Positions 61,352 through 64,000 of a stretch of DNA of 64,000 bases are shown in pieces. The position numbers and the translations under genes were made by a program. The first letter of the stretch is position 1. Each line of letters opens with the position of its first letter. This DNA comes from Camelus ferus (Eukaryota), in NCBI RefSeq assembly GCF_009834535.1, contig NC_045716.1, positions 22,692,001-22,756,000 on the forward strand, read 5' to 3'. Under the pieces are notes generated by a model that saw only the letters and a program-made list of their open reading frames with translations, was not told the origin of the DNA and searched no databases.

Positions 61352-62601
61352 AGCACCCCAGTCCCGCCCTGCCGCTGCTCCTCCCTCTGACCCCGACTCC
61401 ACCTGAGGCCAGCCTGCCCGAAGCTGACCTTTAAACTGAGGGCTGATCTTTAACTGGAAGGCTGCTTTCTCCTTTCGCCACCTCTCCCACCCCTACCCCT
61501 GTGTCCTTTTCACTAAACTGTCTCTGCCTCTCCCNNNNNNNNNNNNNNNNNNNNNNNNNNNNNNNNNNNNNNNNNNNNNNNNNNNNNNNNNNNNNNNNNN
61601 NNNNNNNNNNNNNNNNNNNNNNNNNNNNNNNNNNNNNNNNNNNNNNNNNNNNNNNNNNNNNNNNNNNNNNNNNNNNCCGTTTGTAAAACATTCCAGATAA
61701 TTCCCCGTTTTGAAGCAGCAGTCTAATCCCTTTCTCACTTTTGAAAGGTAACATCTCAGCTTAATGCATCTTGCCCTCTCCATAGAGGAGGGAAAAAAGG
61801 TATGGGCTTGCCTTACTGAGAGCCAAACAGCCCAGAGAAAGATTCCATTACAGGAAACCTCATTGCTCTGTAAAAAGTACCCGCCAAACCAGAAAGGTGA
61901 TTCCAGGAGGAGCTAGCCAGGAAAAAAAAAAAAAGGGCTGTTCAGGTTTTCAGCTTTACGGTATCTTTGGGCAACTTTATTTTTATTTTTTTCATCAGAA
62001 GTGACCAAACAAGATGGTGAGACCTCTGTCTGAGACCAAATCCTTGTCCCATCTCTACCTTGTTCCCAGCTGCTCACAGGATCATCTGCTCCTTACGTTG
62101 AGGTGACCACTTATTTGCTATTCTGCCTCCTTGAAAGACAAAAAAGAAAATCAGTTTTGCCACTAATTTAGCCATATGAAACATCTCATCACNNNNNNNN
62201 NNNNNNNNNNNNNNNNNNNNNNNNNNNNNNNNNNNNNNNNNNNNNNNNNNNNNNNNNNNNNNNNNNNNNNNNNNNNNNNNNNNNNNNNNNNNNNNNNNNN
62301 NNNNNNNNNNNNNNNNNNNNNNNNNNNNNNNNGGGTTGGGACACACCAGTCACCCTTTCTGGCTGTGAGAGCTCTCTACAGTCTGTGGGCTGGCAGTGTG
62401 CTGATCTTTTAAAGTTTCTTTCCCTACCCAATCCCCCCTTTTTGGTGAGGTTTCAGTGAGGTCTGTTAGGTGTGCATCCTGCAGCTTAGTTGGCTTAAAG
62501 TGTACTCTCCTTTGGTGTGGTCTCTTTGGGAGCCAATTGGAAGAAAGAGAAACCAATAGTGTAACTGTTTTGATACTGAAAATTGATAAGTGTCTTTTTG
62601 A

Positions 62602-62607
62602 AATAAA
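62602..62607 (+). terminator. TPM3: TPM3 exon 9d polyA signal AATAAA (3'UTR 61352-~62625, with N-runs 61535-61676 and 62213-62332)
   Basis: gtgtctttttgaaataaagaaccagtccc resembles the recalled human 3' end. Confidence 0.78.
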
Positions 62608-62792
62608 GAACCAGTCCCTCCAACGCTGAGACCTGCTTGCTTTTATTTCCTAATCCTAATGTGCTTTCTCCACAGGAACTATGAAGTTTGGGTAAAAATC
62701 GGGTCTTTGTGACTAGTAACAGGATTTGATGTAGAGCACACACTTTGGAAGCCAACCAAAACTGGGATCAAAAACTGGGATCAGCTCTCAAA

Positions 62793-62907
62793 GGGGTGGG
62801 TATAGCTCAGTGGTAGAGTGCATGCCTAGCATGCATGAGGTCCTGTGTTCAATCCCCAGTAACTCCAATAAAAATAAATCTAACTACCCCCATCCTCCCC
62901 AAAAAAA
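62793..62907 (+). mobile_element. Vic-1-type SINE, preceded by a 2 x 13-bp repeat aaaactgggatca (62758-62783)
   Basis: ggggtgggtatagctcagtggtagagtgcatgcctagcatgcatgaggtcctgtgttcaatccccagt. Confidence 0.85.
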
Positions 62908-63689
62908 GCCTCAGCTGTCAGACCCCTAGTTGTATATTCTGATACAAATCATTTAGTTTCATTATCTGTAAAATAAAGATAATAAGAATTGTTAGAGTAA
63001 ATACGAAGATTAGAAATAATATTCATACGCCAGGCCTTTTACAGGTTACTTAATTTAACAGTGGCGTCTTCGAGGTGAACTATGCATTTTCCTTTACACG
63101 TGTATTAATTATTTCTTATAAACCATAGGTTTATTAGGCTCTGTGCTCCCTAAACAACTTCAACAATATATGACATTGATTACATATTATATGTGTCATT
63201 TTAGTAAACTGTCCTGAGACAGCCTTTGAACTGATACTCCGTTGGATATTTGGAGAAAACAAGTTAATTTAACAAGAAGTGCTCTCAGAGTATTTGCTTT
63301 CAGACAGACTGTGAGTGGATAGCTTTCAAAGCTGCCTTTGAGACGCCAGTGCCTGGCATTTCCTGTACTCTGGCCTTGAGGCTGGACATGAATCTGACTT
63401 CCTAGCAAAAATGACACAGCTTCCTTGACAAAGTCCAGCTGTTTACACTAGAGACTGGAAAATTTTTTCCGTTTATATGCACGGACCAATGCTGACTGAA
63501 AATTACTGGAAAAAAAATGGGGGGGGGTGCTCTAGGAGCCAAAGACAAGGTAGGCAACAGAAAAAAATCAAACTGGGAGAAATTCTTTTGACTTTATGCT
63601 TGTCCTCTACTTAAAAAGATATGCCACCCAATACTTCAGAAAGTAGCCCCTTAAGTGGGGGCTAAATCTCCATAACGTTGGCTTAACTA

Positions 63690-63827
63690 GAGCGCGTCAT
63701 AAAAACCCCCATAATTCCGAGCCAGAAGGGGCGCCCGCCTCCTGCTGACGTCGTGCCTGCGGATTGGCTGGTGTTGGGGCTGAGGGCCCGGCTGTAGCTG
63801 AGCGGGAACCGAGAGCGGGCGGTCGCC
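63690..63827 (+). promoter_or_regulatory. NUP210L: NUP210L CpG promoter/5'UTR: CRE-like TGACGTCG 63746-63753, inverted CCAAT 63763-63767, GC boxes
   Basis: Motifs read directly upstream of the ATG. Confidence 0.7.
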
Positions 63828-64000
63828 ATGACTGGCGCTGGATCGCCAGCGCCTCGACGCTTCGGGCTGTTCAGCTTACCTCTACGGCGCCTCCTGGTGC
63901 TGCTCCTGTTTTCTCTTGGGACCCTGGCCAACAAACTTAACGTCCCACAGGTGTTGCTACCCTTCGGCCGGGAGCCAGGCCGGGTGCCCTTCCTGCTGGA
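63828..64000 (+). CDS. NUP210L: NUP210L exon 1 (runs off the window): MTGAGSPAPRRFGLFSLPLRRLLVLLLFSLGTLANKLNVPQVLLPFGREPGRVPFLL
   Basis: gccATG; signal peptide followed by ANKLNVPQVLLPFGREPGRVPFLL, as in recalled human NUP210L. Confidence 0.95.
   Translation, partial: MTGAGSPAPRRFGLFSLPLRRLLVLLLFSLGTLANKLNVPQVLLPFGREPGRVPFLL

Overview
Mammalian genomic DNA, very probably a camelid (Camelus/Vicugna/Lama), judged from repeated Vic-1-type tRNA-derived SINEs. It is the block syntenic to human 1q21.3. In order it holds the 5' half of UBAP2L (- strand) and a shared CpG-island promoter. On the + strand follow C1orf43/NICE-3, CFAP141/C1orf189, MIR190B, the whole TPM3 gene (promoters 1a/1b, exons 6a/6b, terminal exons 9a-9d) and the start of NUP210L. 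Gene names come from my recall of the human and mouse proteins, checked by hand-translating exons and their GT/AG borders; exon numbers follow recalled human conventions. Fourteen N-runs of 120-243 nt are placed non-randomly: eight sit where expected exons are missing, so those exons are inferred rather than seen. I found no wholly new gene system. The best leads are: (1) two candidate stop-containing exons plus an unexplained 243-nt N-run around UBAP2L exon 9; (2) miR-190b as a possible relic of a lost talin paralogue upstream of TPM3; (3) the N-run pattern itself; (4) an inverted SINE cluster and a distal perfect branch point near the TPM3 terminal exons. Repeat family names and boundaries are by eye and approximate.
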